A stretch of 63,231 nt of DNA, filler included, from Saprolegnia diclina VS20 (GCF_000281045.1; 5 parts of one record of this genome joined end to end with filler, not necessarily neighbours in it); one strand, 5' to 3'. Shown: positions 44,938 to 57,376, counted from the whole stretch's first letter. Notes: a model not told the origin generated them from the letters alone. Program-made: numbers and translations.

Positions 44938-45488
44938 CTACGGTATGGCGAGAGCACCAAGTGTATCGTTGCGCCATAGGACCCAACGCTGCCGGACCGA
45001 CGGCGTCGCCAAAGGAGTTGCCGTCTTGGTGCTGACGGGTGTCGCAAGGGGCTTGGTCGCCGACGGCTGCTTCTCAATTGTCGACGACGAGACGTTGAGC
45101 GACGACGTTGCATTCGGGTAGAGCAAATCCGCCCACTGCGCGTGCGCTAGGGATGCAACCTGGCTCGTGAGCATATCGGTTCCGTCCGGAGCCTGTGTTA
45201 CGCAGAAGGCTCGACTTGGCCGTAGATATCCCGTGCAAGCTCGGTCATTTCCTTGCAGTTGGCGCTGTCGCGATAGAGGATGCCGTCTGTTTGGTTGCGC
45301 GTCGGCGCCATTAGTTCCTCAATAGTTTTTCCCAAGTCGTTCGCACACGCATTGGTAAGCAGCGCGAACTCGACTGCGTACGGCGCCATCAGTACGTACG
45401 AGTTGAACACGTCTTTGTTGCAACGAGACGTCGCAAGCACTGAGGCGCCAGCGCTGAGTAGTAGCAATGTCATTGTCTTGAGCTGCAT
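44938..45488 (-). pseudogene. Secreted Cys-containing (elicitin-like) protein with S/T/P tail, frameshifted near 45205
   Basis: Signal peptide MQLKTMTLLLLSAGASVLA and three Cys, then a stop after EPSA. The adjacent frame continues CVTQAPDG... into a TP-rich tail. Confidence 0.5.
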
Positions 45489-45567
45489 GTTTGTCGTCGT
45501 GTGTTTGTGTGCTTCAGCCGTGTAATTGAACAACGTTTTAGGAGGTCCAATGGCCGACACATCGAGA

Positions 45568-45667
45568 NNNNNNNNNNNNNNNNNNNNNNNNNNNNNNNNN
45601 NNNNNNNNNNNTTAATTAATTAANNNNNNNNNNNNNNNNNNNNNNNNNNNNNNNNNNNNNNNNNNNN
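45568..45667. other. Assembly gap with linker
   Basis: N run with TTAATTAATTAA. Confidence 0.98.
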
Positions 45668-46857
45668 GGCCTGGCATGGCTTGACCGAACCAGACACAAC
45701 AATTCGCGTGAGCGTCTCGAGCAGCAAAGCATGTCGAAGGAACGGCGCGAGTGCCAAGACGCCAGCATTGCCGATCCCGTTGATTGAAACACCGAGGTGC
45801 TCGTAGCGTGGCAGAAGAAGCGCGAGCAAAAGGCAGTGGGTCGGCAAGAGGCGCAAGTTGGTCAAGCGCAACGTCGTGAGTCGAGTTAGACGCGGCAGGC
45901 CGTATTCGAGAAAGCGCTGGATACCCCGACGCTCGGGGCCATGGGGGGACTTTGTGTCCGAGTCACACACGTCAACTATACTACTAACGTTTCTACTAGT
46001 AGTGTGCAAGTGCAGCGCCACGAGCGGGCAGCTGCTGAGCACGCGCACAATATCGCCCACGTCGGAAGGGTGAAGGCCTGGAGCTCGAGGTGAGCCAGGT
46101 GGCGCGACCACATTCCGCAGGCGTCGGTTGAAACCCAAGTCTTGGGAGCTGCGAGGGACACAGCGATATGGTTTCGCCCAGACACGTTGCGTGAGCGAGA
46201 GGACGTCCAAGGTCTTGAGCGTCAATACCGTGAGTGGCACTGCGTCGATCCATGCGGCAAGCGTCGCAGCTACCGTCTCTGGTAAGCGTATCTTGTCCGT
46301 TGCACACAAGACGAGCTTGGTTACATGTTGCATCGACTCGAGCAGGTCCACGACGCGGTGTATCGCCCGTCCGACGGCGAGAGGCAGACGTCGATCGATT
46401 GGACCGACGTCGCAGTGGCTAGGAGCACTTGCTGGACGTTCACCAACGCAGCCGGGCCCGTGGTCCATGCTGTAACCGTGAACGGGAGGTGGCGAAGCGT
46501 CAGCCGCGCGCGCGGTGGCGGGACGACCACTGGCACGTTGGATCGAGCGGGCCCCAATGTGAAGCACAGCCGCGAGTTTACGCCGAGGAGCTGGGCGAGT
46601 ACGTTGTCGGCATTGACAAGCTGCATGAGCGCACATATATTGAGCGTGGGTCAAATAACGTCGAGCCACTGCGTGGCGATGAGCTGCAGTGCTGGCGTGC
46701 GCGCTGCTCGGGTAGTGCATCGAGAAACACCGTCATGCCGTCGACAAGGCAGGACCGTCGCAACGGCCTCGAGCAGCTCGGCCGACAGCAGCACCGCGTT
46801 GGATGAGAGGCGGCGCGGACGCATGTTTCGCGCATTGCTGGTGCGCTCGGTCGCCAT
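45668..46857 (-). pseudogene. Frameshifted LRR paralogue of the 49713 gene
   Basis: MATERTS..RPRRL..NAVLLSAELLEAVAT matches 49713. Homology jumps between frames; sequence runs into the gap. Confidence 0.8.
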
Positions 46858-47304
46858 GCTAGTACTGTTGCCTTATCCCAGTTACCGGATATGGATCTGT
46901 TGCAATCCGGTTACGAATCACACGTGGCAGCACGGCTGTGCGGCAGGCGTGTCAGGAATCAGCATCGTCAAACAATCCATCGAGTCCGAGCAACAAACAC
47001 CACGGATTCGATAGACGGTATCGTTAATGTTGTTTGCGTCTATGAAATAGTTATCGATTCTTGGATAGCGTGGTTTGGATAGTAGGAGCAAGATAAGCTG
47101 TTTGCCACCAGAAAGTGTTCCGACTCCCATGTCCGGCTAGGCTGCAAAATGCGCTCAAGATAAGCTCCGCTATCGACTAGCAAGCGGTGAAGAGGTCTGT
47201 ATTTGCCCCTATATATGCACCATTTATGTTCGCAAACGTAGAATTAATTATATATCAAAGGGCTTCAAGGCTCTAAATGCAAGATATTCATGTTTCCTCC
47301 TTAG

Positions 47305-48865
47305 TCAGATTTCATCAAAGAGACCGGGCGGTGGACCCAACGATCTCGGCAACTCGCACAGTAGTCGCCACTCCGCGAAACCTGTCAAAGCCGGGTGTTG
47401 ATAGCTCGGTTCTGACGCAGCGTCGTCATTGATCGTGCACGACCGGTGCTGTGGTAACCACGCTCGTATCGTATCCAGTTGGCTGCGCGGTGCGCCAAAC
47501 GTCAATGCACCTGTCGCGTCCAAGCGTCGACGTTTGGTGCAGTCTTGCATTCTCGGGTGCAGCCAGCCCCACAGCAGCGCTTTGATACCGGCCGCCGTCA
47601 GTGGGTTTGTCGACATGACCCACTGCGTGAGCTGTGGCGCAATACGTGCTAGCCTCTTCGCGCCGTATGGGCCAATTCCGACAAGTCGAGGGTCGTAAGA
47701 GAAGGCAGGCGCTCCAGAGCAATGACCAGCGGTGGGACGCCCGCATCCATGCAGCCTCGATTGATCAGCGCGAGTTTGACGAGATGATGCGCTGTCGGGA
47801 GGTAGCACGCCAGCGTCAAACACCCGCGATCGTACAAGCTGTTGGCAGCAAGCTCCAGGACGTTGAGGCGAGGTAGAACGTTTCGACCGAGCGCATGCAT
47901 CGCAGCCGGTGACACGACGCAATGACGCAGTGACAACTCGACAAGGCGGTGCAGATGGGGCAGTACGTTGCAGATCAAGTTGTCGACGACATGACCATTT
48001 GGCGGGTCAGTTGGCTGCAACTCGGCGCTTGCGTCAAAATGGAGCGACAATGACGTCAGATGCGTGTGGTCCGCAAGCCGCTGCGTAAGACGAGTCGTCT
48101 CGGAGAGAGACACGGCCGACAAACTAATGCATTGGAGATGGCGGCCAAAGCTTCTTGGCGGCACGACCGACGCGACGACAGGCGAGTCGAGGACGGCCAA
48201 TTCGACGAGGGTTGGCGACATCAAGAGATGCTGGACAAGCCACGAGAGCAAGCCGTTGGCATCAAACGAGATCTTGCTCAAGCGAACGTGCGTCATGGGC
48301 GACCGAAACAAATACTGCCCGAGGACATGCGCGCTGTCACTTGGCAGTTTAAAGAAATCGTGGGCGAGGAGCGACAACGACACAATGTGCGACGCCGCAA
48401 TCGCCGCGACGAGCTGCGTGATGGACGGCCGGTACAGTTCGCTTGTCCGGGCAAAGACGATGTCGAGGGTGCGAAGCGACGGTGTGTGCGCAATCACCGC
48501 GCAAAGACTCGGCAGAATCGTCATCCGCGCCGCCGAGCACGCGCCTTCGATCGTTATGGAGAGCGCTGTGAGAGGAGGCGAGACCCATGGCAGCGGTGGC
48601 AGCGCCCATGACGACAATTGTCGCGACTCGGCCAAACGCACGCGTGGCGTGAGCGTGAGCAAGTACGCACAAGCTGTGGACAGGGCAGGGCCTCGAGGTT
48701 GGGTGCGGGCCAGACCTCGTCCGCCGACCGCGACATGGCGAGCGTCTGGAGGAGCAGCAGTGGTAGCGTCAGTCGCGTGTTGGTCATCGCATCAAGAAAC
48801 GTAACAAAGTCATCGCCGCTTTCGATGCAGACAGCAACACGCTGGACGAGCTCGGGTGGCAGCAT
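47305..48865 (-). pseudogene. F-box-like LRR gene with two frameshifts (near 48690 and 47680)
   Basis: MLPPELVQRVAVCI.. in one frame, LRR body (LNVLELAANSLYD) in a second, and GIGPYGA..STNPL tail in a third. Confidence 0.75.
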
Positions 48866-49126
48866 CGATATTGATTGCACTTTGGCGATGTCAAAAAAGC
48901 ATGATGTGGCGGAATGATGGTCGCGTTGTATTCGCTTAGAAAGTACATTTCGAGCGCCGTCATTTTATGCAGGCGTGTATCCATTTGCGACGACGTATCC
49001 ATCGACCAGTATTAATATATCGACCGAGCAATGCTGTAGCGATTTGCCCAACAATGGCACTGGACAAGGCCGCAAAGTATTCACGGTGCCAGCGTCAAAG
49101 TCGAACGATCATGGTAAGCATTGCCC

Positions 49127-49560
49127 TCATGATAATGTAGCGCTCGTCGACTCGTTCGCAGTATTATTACAAGTTACAGTCCTACGATACGACCCGTAAA
49201 TCGCGCGTGGGGTCCGATGAGAGTACAAGGTTTTCGTACAAATAAGTGTCAACGTGTCATTCTTGCTCCGAATACGATTTTGCGTCGTCGCAATTTCGTC
49301 AGATTCTCCCTTTTGGCACTCGATCGGCGGTGCTACGAGCGCTGCCAAGCACGTTCGGTGCAACGGGAGCGCCGCAAAAAGCGCGTCGACGACCCGAGAA
49401 TCTTCCTCACTTTCGATCGTACCGCAGACGTCCATGCTTGTGACCGTGCGACGCTCCACGTACGTCCACGATCGCAGAAGGAACACCACGAGACCTTTAG
49501 CACGTCGTGGGTTGCTGCACGTCGTGGGCACCCCATTAGTGTGGACGCCTCGGGCGCGGC
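49127..49560 (-). pseudogene. 3' relic of an LRR paralogue
   Basis: CSNP..AKGLVVFLLRSWTYVE...EEDSRVVDAL..ALP.HRTCLAAL with no 5' part. Confidence 0.8.
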
Positions 49561-49712
49561 GAGGCTGCTATCGAAGCACAGAGTTGGCCCAAGCACGCTG
49601 GTTTGCTCGTTGCTCATAATACCGCAATACTATGCTGCCACGTATGCTCGTAACCGGATCATCCGACACTTGCCAAATGCGTATCCGGCCATTTTGGATC
49701 CGGCGCAACCAC

Positions 49713-51353
49713 ATGATGACCGAGCGAACCAGCTATCCGCGGGACAAGCGTCCGCGCCGCCTCGCACCCGACGCGGTGCTGCTGTCGGCCGAGCTCCTCG
49801 AGGCAGTGGCGACGTACCTGCCCGTCGACAGCATCGCGGCGTTCCTTGCTGCACTGCCCGAGCAGCTGTGCACGTCGGCGCTGCAGCTCATCACCACGCT
49901 GTCGCACGCCCTGGGGCTCGACGTTCTTTGGCCCACGCTCGACCTGCGTACGCTCACGCAGCTTGCGAATGTCGACGATGTGCTCGCCCATCTCCTCAGC
50001 GTGAATTCGCGGCTGTGCGTCCCTTTGGCGACCGCACGGCCGACGGTGCCAGTGGTTGTCGTCACACCGCCGCGCGCATGGCCGACGCTTGGCCATCTCT
50101 CGCTCACGATTGCCACATGGACCATGGACCCGCATGTGATGGCGAACGTCCAGCAAGCGTTTTTGCTCAATGCGACATCGGTCCGTTCGATCGACGTCCG
50201 TATCGTGGCGATGCCCTTCGCGCCGTCGGACGCGCTATTCACCACACAAAGTGTGTGTCTCACTGCGCTTGTGGAGCTTCTCGCGTCGATGGCGTATGTG
50301 ACCAAGCTTGTGTTGCGCGCGACGTACTTGGTACACTTTCCTGCGACGGCAGCGGCGACGCTCGCCGCATGGATCGATGCGATGCCTCTCACGTCATTGA
50401 CGATGCAGAACGTGAACGTGAACGAGGTCTCGACCGCCCGACAGCTCTGGGCACACCGACGCCTCGCACTGCCCACCACTGGACGCGCCACCGGGATGTG
50501 GTCACGCCACCTGACGCACCTCGATTTCCGGTTCCTTCCGCCGTCCCAGATGAGCGCCCTGGTCCAAGCGCTCGTCAACAGCCCACTCGTGTCGTTGCAC
50601 GTGCGTGGCTGGGACGTGAGACGATGTATTCCAGGCCATCCGGTTGTCCAGCGCTTTCTCGAGTACGATCTTCCGTGTCTCCGCCAGCTCACGACGTTGC
50701 GCTTGACCAAGGTCCACCTCTCGACGACCCACTGCCTCACGCTCGCGCTTCTTCTACCGCGCTACACACATCTCGCTCTCACAAACAACAAGATGGGCGA
50801 CGCCGGTGTCCTTGCGCTTGCGCCCTTTCTTCGGCACACGTCGCAGCTCGAGACGCTCGCACTGGTTGACCAAGGCTTTGGTGACGTTGGCGCGTCCGCA
50901 CTCACAACGGCCCTCATGCACACACCGCAGCTTCGCACGCTCAACCTCAGCCACAACGATGTCAAGTTGGGTGGTGTCATGGCGCTGAGTGGCCTCTTGC
51001 CGCATCTGGCACGGCTAGCGACGTGGCGCTTGTGCAGCAACCCGCTGGGCGCCAAAGGACTCGTATTTCTTCTGCGTGCGTGGACGTATGTGAAACTCAA
51101 CACGACGACGCTGATCGACGCCCGCAGTACGGTCGGCAGCAACGACGATTCCCGGGACGTTGACGCGCTCATCTCGGCGCTGCCGCGTCACCGAACATGC
51201 TTGACGGGCACCTTGTCGCGAGATGACGAGATCGCTCGGGCCAACGCCCATCGCGCCCAACTGGACGCACATTGGGCAGCGCGCTTCGCCCAGATCTTGG
51301 AGGCTCACGTGCGAGCACCCCATGTCCGGGTGTTCCCGGTGTTCCCGGTGTGA
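49713..51353 (+). CDS. F-box-like/RNI-type LRR protein
   Basis: Intact ORF. LSAELLEAVATYLP, LALTNNKMGDAG, LRTLNLSHNDVK and LCSNPLG. Confidence 0.9.
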   Translation: MMTERTSYPRDKRPRRLAPDAVLLSAELLEAVATYLPVDSIAAFLAALPEQLCTSALQLITTLSHALGLDVLWPTLDLRTLTQLANVDDVLAHLLSVNSRLCVPLATARPTVPVVVVTPPRAWPTLGHLSLTIATWTMDPHVMANVQQAFLLNATSVRSIDVRIVAMPFAPSDALFTTQSVCLTALVELLASMAYVTKLVLRATYLVHFPATAAATLAAWIDAMPLTSLTMQNVNVNEVSTARQLWAHRRLALPTTGRATGMWSRHLTHLDFRFLPPSQMSALVQALVNSPLVSLHVRGWDVRRCIPGHPVVQRFLEYDLPCLRQLTTLRLTKVHLSTTHCLTLALLLPRYTHLALTNNKMGDAGVLALAPFLRHTSQLETLALVDQGFGDVGASALTTALMHTPQLRTLNLSHNDVKLGGVMALSGLLPHLARLATWRLCSNPLGAKGLVFLLRAWTYVKLNTTTLIDARSTVGSNDDSRDVDALISALPRHRTCLTGTLSRDDEIARANAHRAQLDAHWAARFAQILEAHVRAPHVRVFPVFPV

Positions 51354-51412
51354 CCCGCCGCAGTGCGCTCTGCACGCAGCGTCGCAGTGTATGAGTTGCC
51401 ATCATGTATATC

Positions 51413-51490
51413 TATATGAACGTGTTTCGCGTTATATATGAACGTGTTTCGCGTTATCTTCATATTTACACTAAGACTTCGCATACGTAG
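51413..51490. repeat. Segment duplicated at 34497-34560, with local tandem duplication
   Basis: TATATGAACGTGTTYCGCGTTATCTTCAT...AAGACTTCGCATACGTAG at both sites. Confidence 0.85.
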
Positions 51491-52559
51491 AGACTAGCAA
51501 TCTCCTTCTTCTTCATTCGCTTGCCGGTCCGTGGCTCCGCAGGCGGGGGCTCGTCTTGCACTTCTGTCGTCGCCCGACGATGCATGAGTTGTCATCATAT
51601 ATCATCATTTGTGGCAGGTTTGTCATTGATGCATCTTGCTGGCTACACGCTCGGGGAAGCAATGACCATATCAGTGTATTGGCTTGCATGCTAGCTATAT
51701 GATTGGACTCAACGCGACAGCGGTGCTGGAAGGGGTAGGGCTACCAATGCGGTTAGGGTTCATCAATGTGGCCCGCCAAGCTAGAACAAAGGATGTTTCT
51801 AACCATTTTCAGTGGCGTCTCCTTTGACTACGATGGTAGTGTGGAGAGATTGTCGCAGCGACACGAGCGGCGTGGGGGCAATGACGATACGTTGGTGGGA
51901 CGTCGCTATGTGTCGGGTTGGCCACTTTCAATCGATTTTTGGCCGATCAGATCACATATCTAGATAGGAAATTGAAAAGCTGGATACGACATTTCGAAGC
52001 CCAATCCTGTATGCGTGACGCCGAGCGCACGTTGAAGGTCGCCCACGCAACGGTGCTGATGCCCTCGCGCTTCCGCATTCATCCAAGCCATTGCCATGTG
52101 CTGCAGCAACCAGGAGGACCTTTTCATATCGCAACTACAGTCGCTCGCCGTTACCAGCCTGGTCGAGACGAACGCTGCTACCGACGTCGCCGGCTTGTTG
52201 GTGACAGTGCCGGCACCCACAACGCTCGACCTTTGACACTGCGCCATCGCCTCGGCGTCTTATGGAGACGCTTGGGACTCGTATATGCGTCGTCGCTCTG
52301 TCCGGTCTCACATGAAACGAGGTTGGTTTCGCAGGGCGCCACGCATTCGCCCCTCTTGATACGGTGCAGCCCAGCGTCCGTCGAGACCTCAACACCGGTC
52401 GAGGGCATGTTGGTCTTGCCAGCGCTTCCCCGAGCGTGCCATCAGCATTGCGGTCGCCGACGTCGTATCGCAAGTTGGCCAAGATACACGATATGTAGGA
52501 CTTGTGGTCTTGCTATTACTTGCCCAAGATACAAAGTGTCCAAGTCGTTTGGCTTAGCA

Positions 52560-54122
52560 TCAGAATGGATAACCATCTCCGAAAGCCATGTCCAGTGGCC
52601 CGACGAATGCGCCCACGTCCTCTTCTTGCACTCTCCATAGATTTATTGTGGGCTCGTCTTGTATCATCGGCTCGTCCAGCCCTGCATCGCATCGTCGGTA
52701 ACGCGGCAGCCCTTTGATCAGCGCGTCGACGACCCGGCGATCGTCGGTGCTGGCGATCGATCCGCGGGCGTCAATCACTCGGAGCGTGTCAACTTCTCCA
52801 TACGTCCACCGACGCAGTAGAAACGCAAGGCCGCTCGCGCCCAGCGGGTTGCTGCACAAGCGCCACGTGACGAGGCGCGGCCGATCGAAAACGAAATAAC
52901 TCAGCAGCTTGGCACCACGGAGCTTGATAGCGTTGCGGCTGAGGTCCAACGTGCGAAGAAGAGGTGTGTGCATGAGTGCAAACGCGAGGGCGGACGCGCC
53001 GTCGTCACCAAAGCCTTGATCTACGAGCGTGAGCGTCTCGAGCTGCAAAGCAAATGTGAGGTCGACTGCAAGCGCACGAACGCCAGCGTCGCCCAATCTG
53101 TTGGACGTCAGACGAAGATGCTTGAAGCGTGGGAGCAGCGGCGATAGCGCGAGGCAGTGGGTCGTCGAGAGATGGACGTTGGTCAAGCACAACGACGTGA
53201 GCTGGGTGAACCGCGGCAGGTCGTAGTCGAAAAAATCCTGCGTCGCGAGATCGGCTTGACGGAATAACCTGTTCGTGAGCCGCACGTCAAGCGATTGAAT
53301 AGGACAATTGGCCAGCGACTTGGCCACCCGCCCCAGCTCGCGCGGGCCAAAGAGTCGTAGATCGACGTGCGTCAGTGACGGTGTAAAGCTCGCAAAGTCG
53401 TCGAATCGATAGATCACGTCGAGAGACAAGGACGTGAGCGTGGGCTTGGCCCAGAGCTGTCGGCCTGGCGAGAGCTCGTAGATGTTTTCCATGCGCAATG
53501 ACGCCAGCGGTGTCGCGTCGATCCAGGCAGCGAGCGTCATCGCCTCCTGCTCTGGAAAGCGTAGCCCGTGCATGGAACGCAGCGACAGCGATGTCACATG
53601 ACGCAACGAGACAAGACCTTGGACCAGCGTCGTGAGGAAGTCGTGCTGCCACTGGCTTCTCCATACCTCCGGCGCCCGATCGTGTGGCGCCGAGACATTA
53701 ACCTCGATCGACTGAAGCGATGCTGCGTTAACAGCGAAGACGTGCTGCAGGCACGCGAGCACACGCGGATCGTCGGTCCAATCCGTAATCTCGAGGCAAA
53801 GGCGGTGCAGCGTCGGCCGCACGCGCGGTGGCGTCGCGACTGAAGGTATGGTGGACAGAGCCGTCGGTGCACTCACGCAGAGGGTGTGGCTTGTCGTCAA
53901 GAGCTGGTCAAGGATGCAGTATGCGTTCTCGAGCTGCGCGAGCGCTTCGAGGTCGTGACCAAGTGAGAACACATGGGGCCCGACGGCCTGCGTCAAGGTC
54001 GCGACGAGCTGGAGCGCTGGTGTGCGCAGCTGCTCGGGCAGCGCGTTTGCTAGCACCGCCATGTCCTTGGACGGCAGGAAGCTCACGATGGCCTGGAGGA
54101 GCTCGGGCGACATCTGCAGCAT
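52560..54122 (-). CDS. F-box-like/RNI-type LRR protein
   Basis: MLQMSPELLQAIVSFLP, LRLTSNRLGDAG and LRTLDLSRNAIK. Start chosen by comparison with the 56846 copy. Confidence 0.88.
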   Translation of the reverse strand: MLQMSPELLQAIVSFLPSKDMAVLANALPEQLRTPALQLVATLTQAVGPHVFSLGHDLEALAQLENAYCILDQLLTTSHTLCVSAPTALSTIPSVATPPRVRPTLHRLCLEITDWTDDPRVLACLQHVFAVNAASLQSIEVNVSAPHDRAPEVWRSQWQHDFLTTLVQGLVSLRHVTSLSLRSMHGLRFPEQEAMTLAAWIDATPLASLRMENIYELSPGRQLWAKPTLTSLSLDVIYRFDDFASFTPSLTHVDLRLFGPRELGRVAKSLANCPIQSLDVRLTNRLFRQADLATQDFFDYDLPRFTQLTSLCLTNVHLSTTHCLALSPLLPRFKHLRLTSNRLGDAGVRALAVDLTFALQLETLTLVDQGFGDDGASALAFALMHTPLLRTLDLSRNAIKLRGAKLLSYFVFDRPRLVTWRLCSNPLGASGLAFLLRRWTYGEVDTLRVIDARGSIASTDDRRVVDALIKGLPRYRRCDAGLDEPMIQDEPTINLWRVQEEDVGAFVGPLDMAFGDGYPF

Positions 54123-55275
54123 GGTGGGCGAGGCAGGGCGCCAAGCGGCTCCTTGCACAAGGTCGTCAACTTCCGGATATGTTCGGCATTTCAGCGAATC
54201 AGATGCAATCTGCATTTCAGCCAATAGGATGGCGGTGTGATCCCGTAAGAGCTGTGCGCTCGTGTGCATGTGGCTTGTCCAGTCCTTTCTTGTTAGTTTG
54301 CGCGAGGCTCGATGCCAGGCTATGTACAAGTACGTATCCAATGGCAGTGCGGGTGCGTTGGCGTGTACCATCGTCGTCGGAAGTGAGCGCTTCGATCGCA
54401 TTAAATAATCGTCGTCTCATGTCGCCACGTCATTGTATCACCTGATCACGCAGGGTCATGCAGGTCGAGATGCCAGTATAGGACCATTTGGTGATAGCAC
54501 GACGCCAACAGACCAAAACGGACGAGGCACGACAGTTGTTCGAGTTGCGGTGGACCGAGTGCAGTCGCGAGGTCCTGGAACGTCGTGGTGTCGACGACGC
54601 GTAGGTGTGCACACTCCCATTGAGATGCTCAAGTCCGTCGACAGACGTCGGTCATTTAAGTGATCGGGGCCGACGACATTATCCATCGAGAGCTCGTAGA
54701 GGGTCGTGTCGACTTGCAGCGCGTCGCAGAAGGCCGGCACCGAGTACGAAATCTATCCATTGTCATTGATGAGTGCATTATTTCGTTTAACCGGATATGT
54801 CGAAAGTGCTACTATTGGCTTGGCGTACGGACCGGCTGCTTCGCCTCACATCATGGTTGTGTGGTGGGGGTGTGGGGGGTGGTGCCAGCATTTCTGCGGA
54901 CTCTGGTGATGAAACCTATCCAACTCGTCCTATTGTTCAAGCTCGTTTCAATCACCTCGATGACGGGCAGCAGCGTCACACGGGTGGCCTTGGTTGGACA
55001 TTCGTATGTTTGTCCGTCGACATCGGGAATGCCCTCTCTATCTATCGATCTATCAACGTATCCGAACAAACGGGACAACAAGTGCACGGTACCTCGGTGA
55101 GGTGCCGAGGCGAGGACATGGGATAGAGTGTAAGAGTGTGGCAGTAGATGCCACAAAGAGTCGTATATGACATAGCGTGGGAGTATTGCTTTGCTGGACT
55201 TTCTAATCCCGATACCACAAATAACACTTGTGCAAATGTTGCAAACCGCGCAGAACGGCTATTCGTCGTTCGAGT

Positions 55276-56846
55276 CTACTCTACGAAGTGAGGTATGAAC
55301 TCGAACCATGGCGTCGCTTGGCGCATGACACGGTCATCTCGTAGCGGTGCTTCAGCCATCAATTCGGCCATATTGTTTCTCTTGATCTCGATCGCCGGCG
55401 CTTCCAGCGCTGCCAAGCACGTCCGGTGCGACGGCAGCGCTGCGATCAACGCGTCAACGACCCGAGAATCGTCCTCACTGCCGACCGTACTGCGGGCGTC
55501 GATCAATGTCGTCGTGTCGAGTTCCACGTACGTCCACGCACGCAGAAGAAAGACGAGACCTTTGGCCCCCAGCGGGTTGCTGCACAAGCGCCACGTCGCC
55601 AGTCGTGACAGTTGCGGCAACAGGCCACTCAGCGCCAAGACACCACCCAACTTGATATTGTTGCGGCTGAGGTTGAGCATACAAAGGCGCGGCGTATGCG
55701 TCAGCGCCGACGCGCCAGCGTCACCAAAACCTTGGTCGACCAGCGTGAGAGTCTCGACTAGCGACGCATGTCGAAGAAAGGGCGTAAGAGCAAGGACACC
55801 GGTGTCGCCCAGCTTGTTGGTTGTGAGAGCGAGGTGTTTGAAGCGTGGTAGAAGAAGCGCAAGCGTGAGGCAGTGAGTCGTCGAGAGATGGATGTTGGTC
55901 AAGTGCAACGTCGTGAGCTGGGCGAACCGCGGCAGGTCGATTTCAAAAAAACCTTGCGTCGCTAGCTCGTCTTGACGGGACGTGTTATTCATGAGCCGCA
56001 CGTGCAGCGATTTTATCGGACTATTGGCCAGCGTTGTGGCCATGTCCTTTAGTTGGCGTGCATCAAAGAGTTGTAGATCGACATATGTCAACGAGTGCGC
56101 AAAGGTCGCACTGTCGTCAAGTCGAAAAATCGGATCGAGAGACAAGGACGTGAGCGTGGGCTTGGCCCAGAGCTGTCGGCCTGGCGAGAGCTCGTTGATG
56201 TTTTCCATGCGCAATGACGTCAGCGGTGTCTCGTCGATCCAGGCAGCGAGAGCTGTCGCCTCCTGCTCTGGAAAGCGTAGCCCATGCACGGAACGCAGCG
56301 ACAGAGACGCCACATGACGCAACGAGACAAGACCTTGGACCAGCGTCGTGAGGAAGCCGTGCTGCCACTGGCTTCTCCATACCTGCGGCGCCCGATCGTG
56401 TGGCGCCGAGACATGAACCTCGATCGACTGAAGCGATGCTGCGTTAACAGCGAAGACGTGCTGCAGGCACGCGAGCACACGCGAATCGTCGGTCCAGTCC
56501 GTAATCTCGAGGCAAAGGCGGTGCAGCGTCGGCCGCACGCGCGGTGGCGTCGCGACTGAAGGTATGGTGGACAGAGCCGTCGGTGCACTCACGCAGAGGG
56601 TGTGGCTTGTCGTCAAGAGCTGGTCAAGGATGCAGTATGCGTTCTCGAGCTGCGCGAGCGCTTCGAGGTCGTGGCCACGTGAGAACACATGGGGCCCGAC
56701 TGCCTGCGTCAAGGTCGCGACGAGCTGGAGCGCTGGCGTGCGCAGCTGCTCGGGTGCTCGGGCAGCGCGTTTGCTAGCACCGCCATGTCCTTGGACGGCA
56801 GGAAGCTCACGATGGCCTGGAGGAGCTCGGGCGACACCTGCAGCAT
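55276..56846 (-). pseudogene. LRR paralogue frameshifted by an 8-bp tandem duplication
   Basis: TGCTCGGG at 56747-56754 and 56755-56762, single in the 54122 copy. Otherwise open. Confidence 0.85.
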
Positions 56847-57376
56847 GGTGGTGTCGATCGTGATGTGGCGACGGAGGATCGACTGTCCCAAGCGGCTTCT
56901 TGCACAAGGTTGTCAGGCTCTGGGTGGCAGCCAATTCGATGTGCTTATTTTTTCAGCGAATCGCACGCACGATTGATACTTTTTCAGCCAATCAAAAAAC
57001 GTCCAATGCCGGTCATATCAACAAGGGTCTCGTCATATCAGTCAAAAGAAATTTGTCAAAAGAAATTTTCTTGTGTCTGATAATTTTCGGGCACCCCAGT
57101 ACAATGTGCGGGAAACTCGAAGATACCCCGTAGTCTCAAGAGACGCTGGGACTTCGTTATGACGGCTGCACGCCGTGCCGGAGGACGTGCATCTGCCTCA
57201 ACTACGCTACAACGAAGTGACATTGCATTGGGTGCAGCAAGATACATGCAGTCGTTGGGGTTTTGTCATTTACCGAAGTATGCAGTAAGAGCTACATATT
57301 GATACGAGATAATGTAATATGCACAACGTCTCGTACAGGACAACTTGTGCCCAAATATTGTCGAATGGCATCCCAG

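Noticed and set aside
54456..54740. Possible further LRR relic (ALQVDTTLYELSMDN)
   Set aside because: Too short and degenerate to call.
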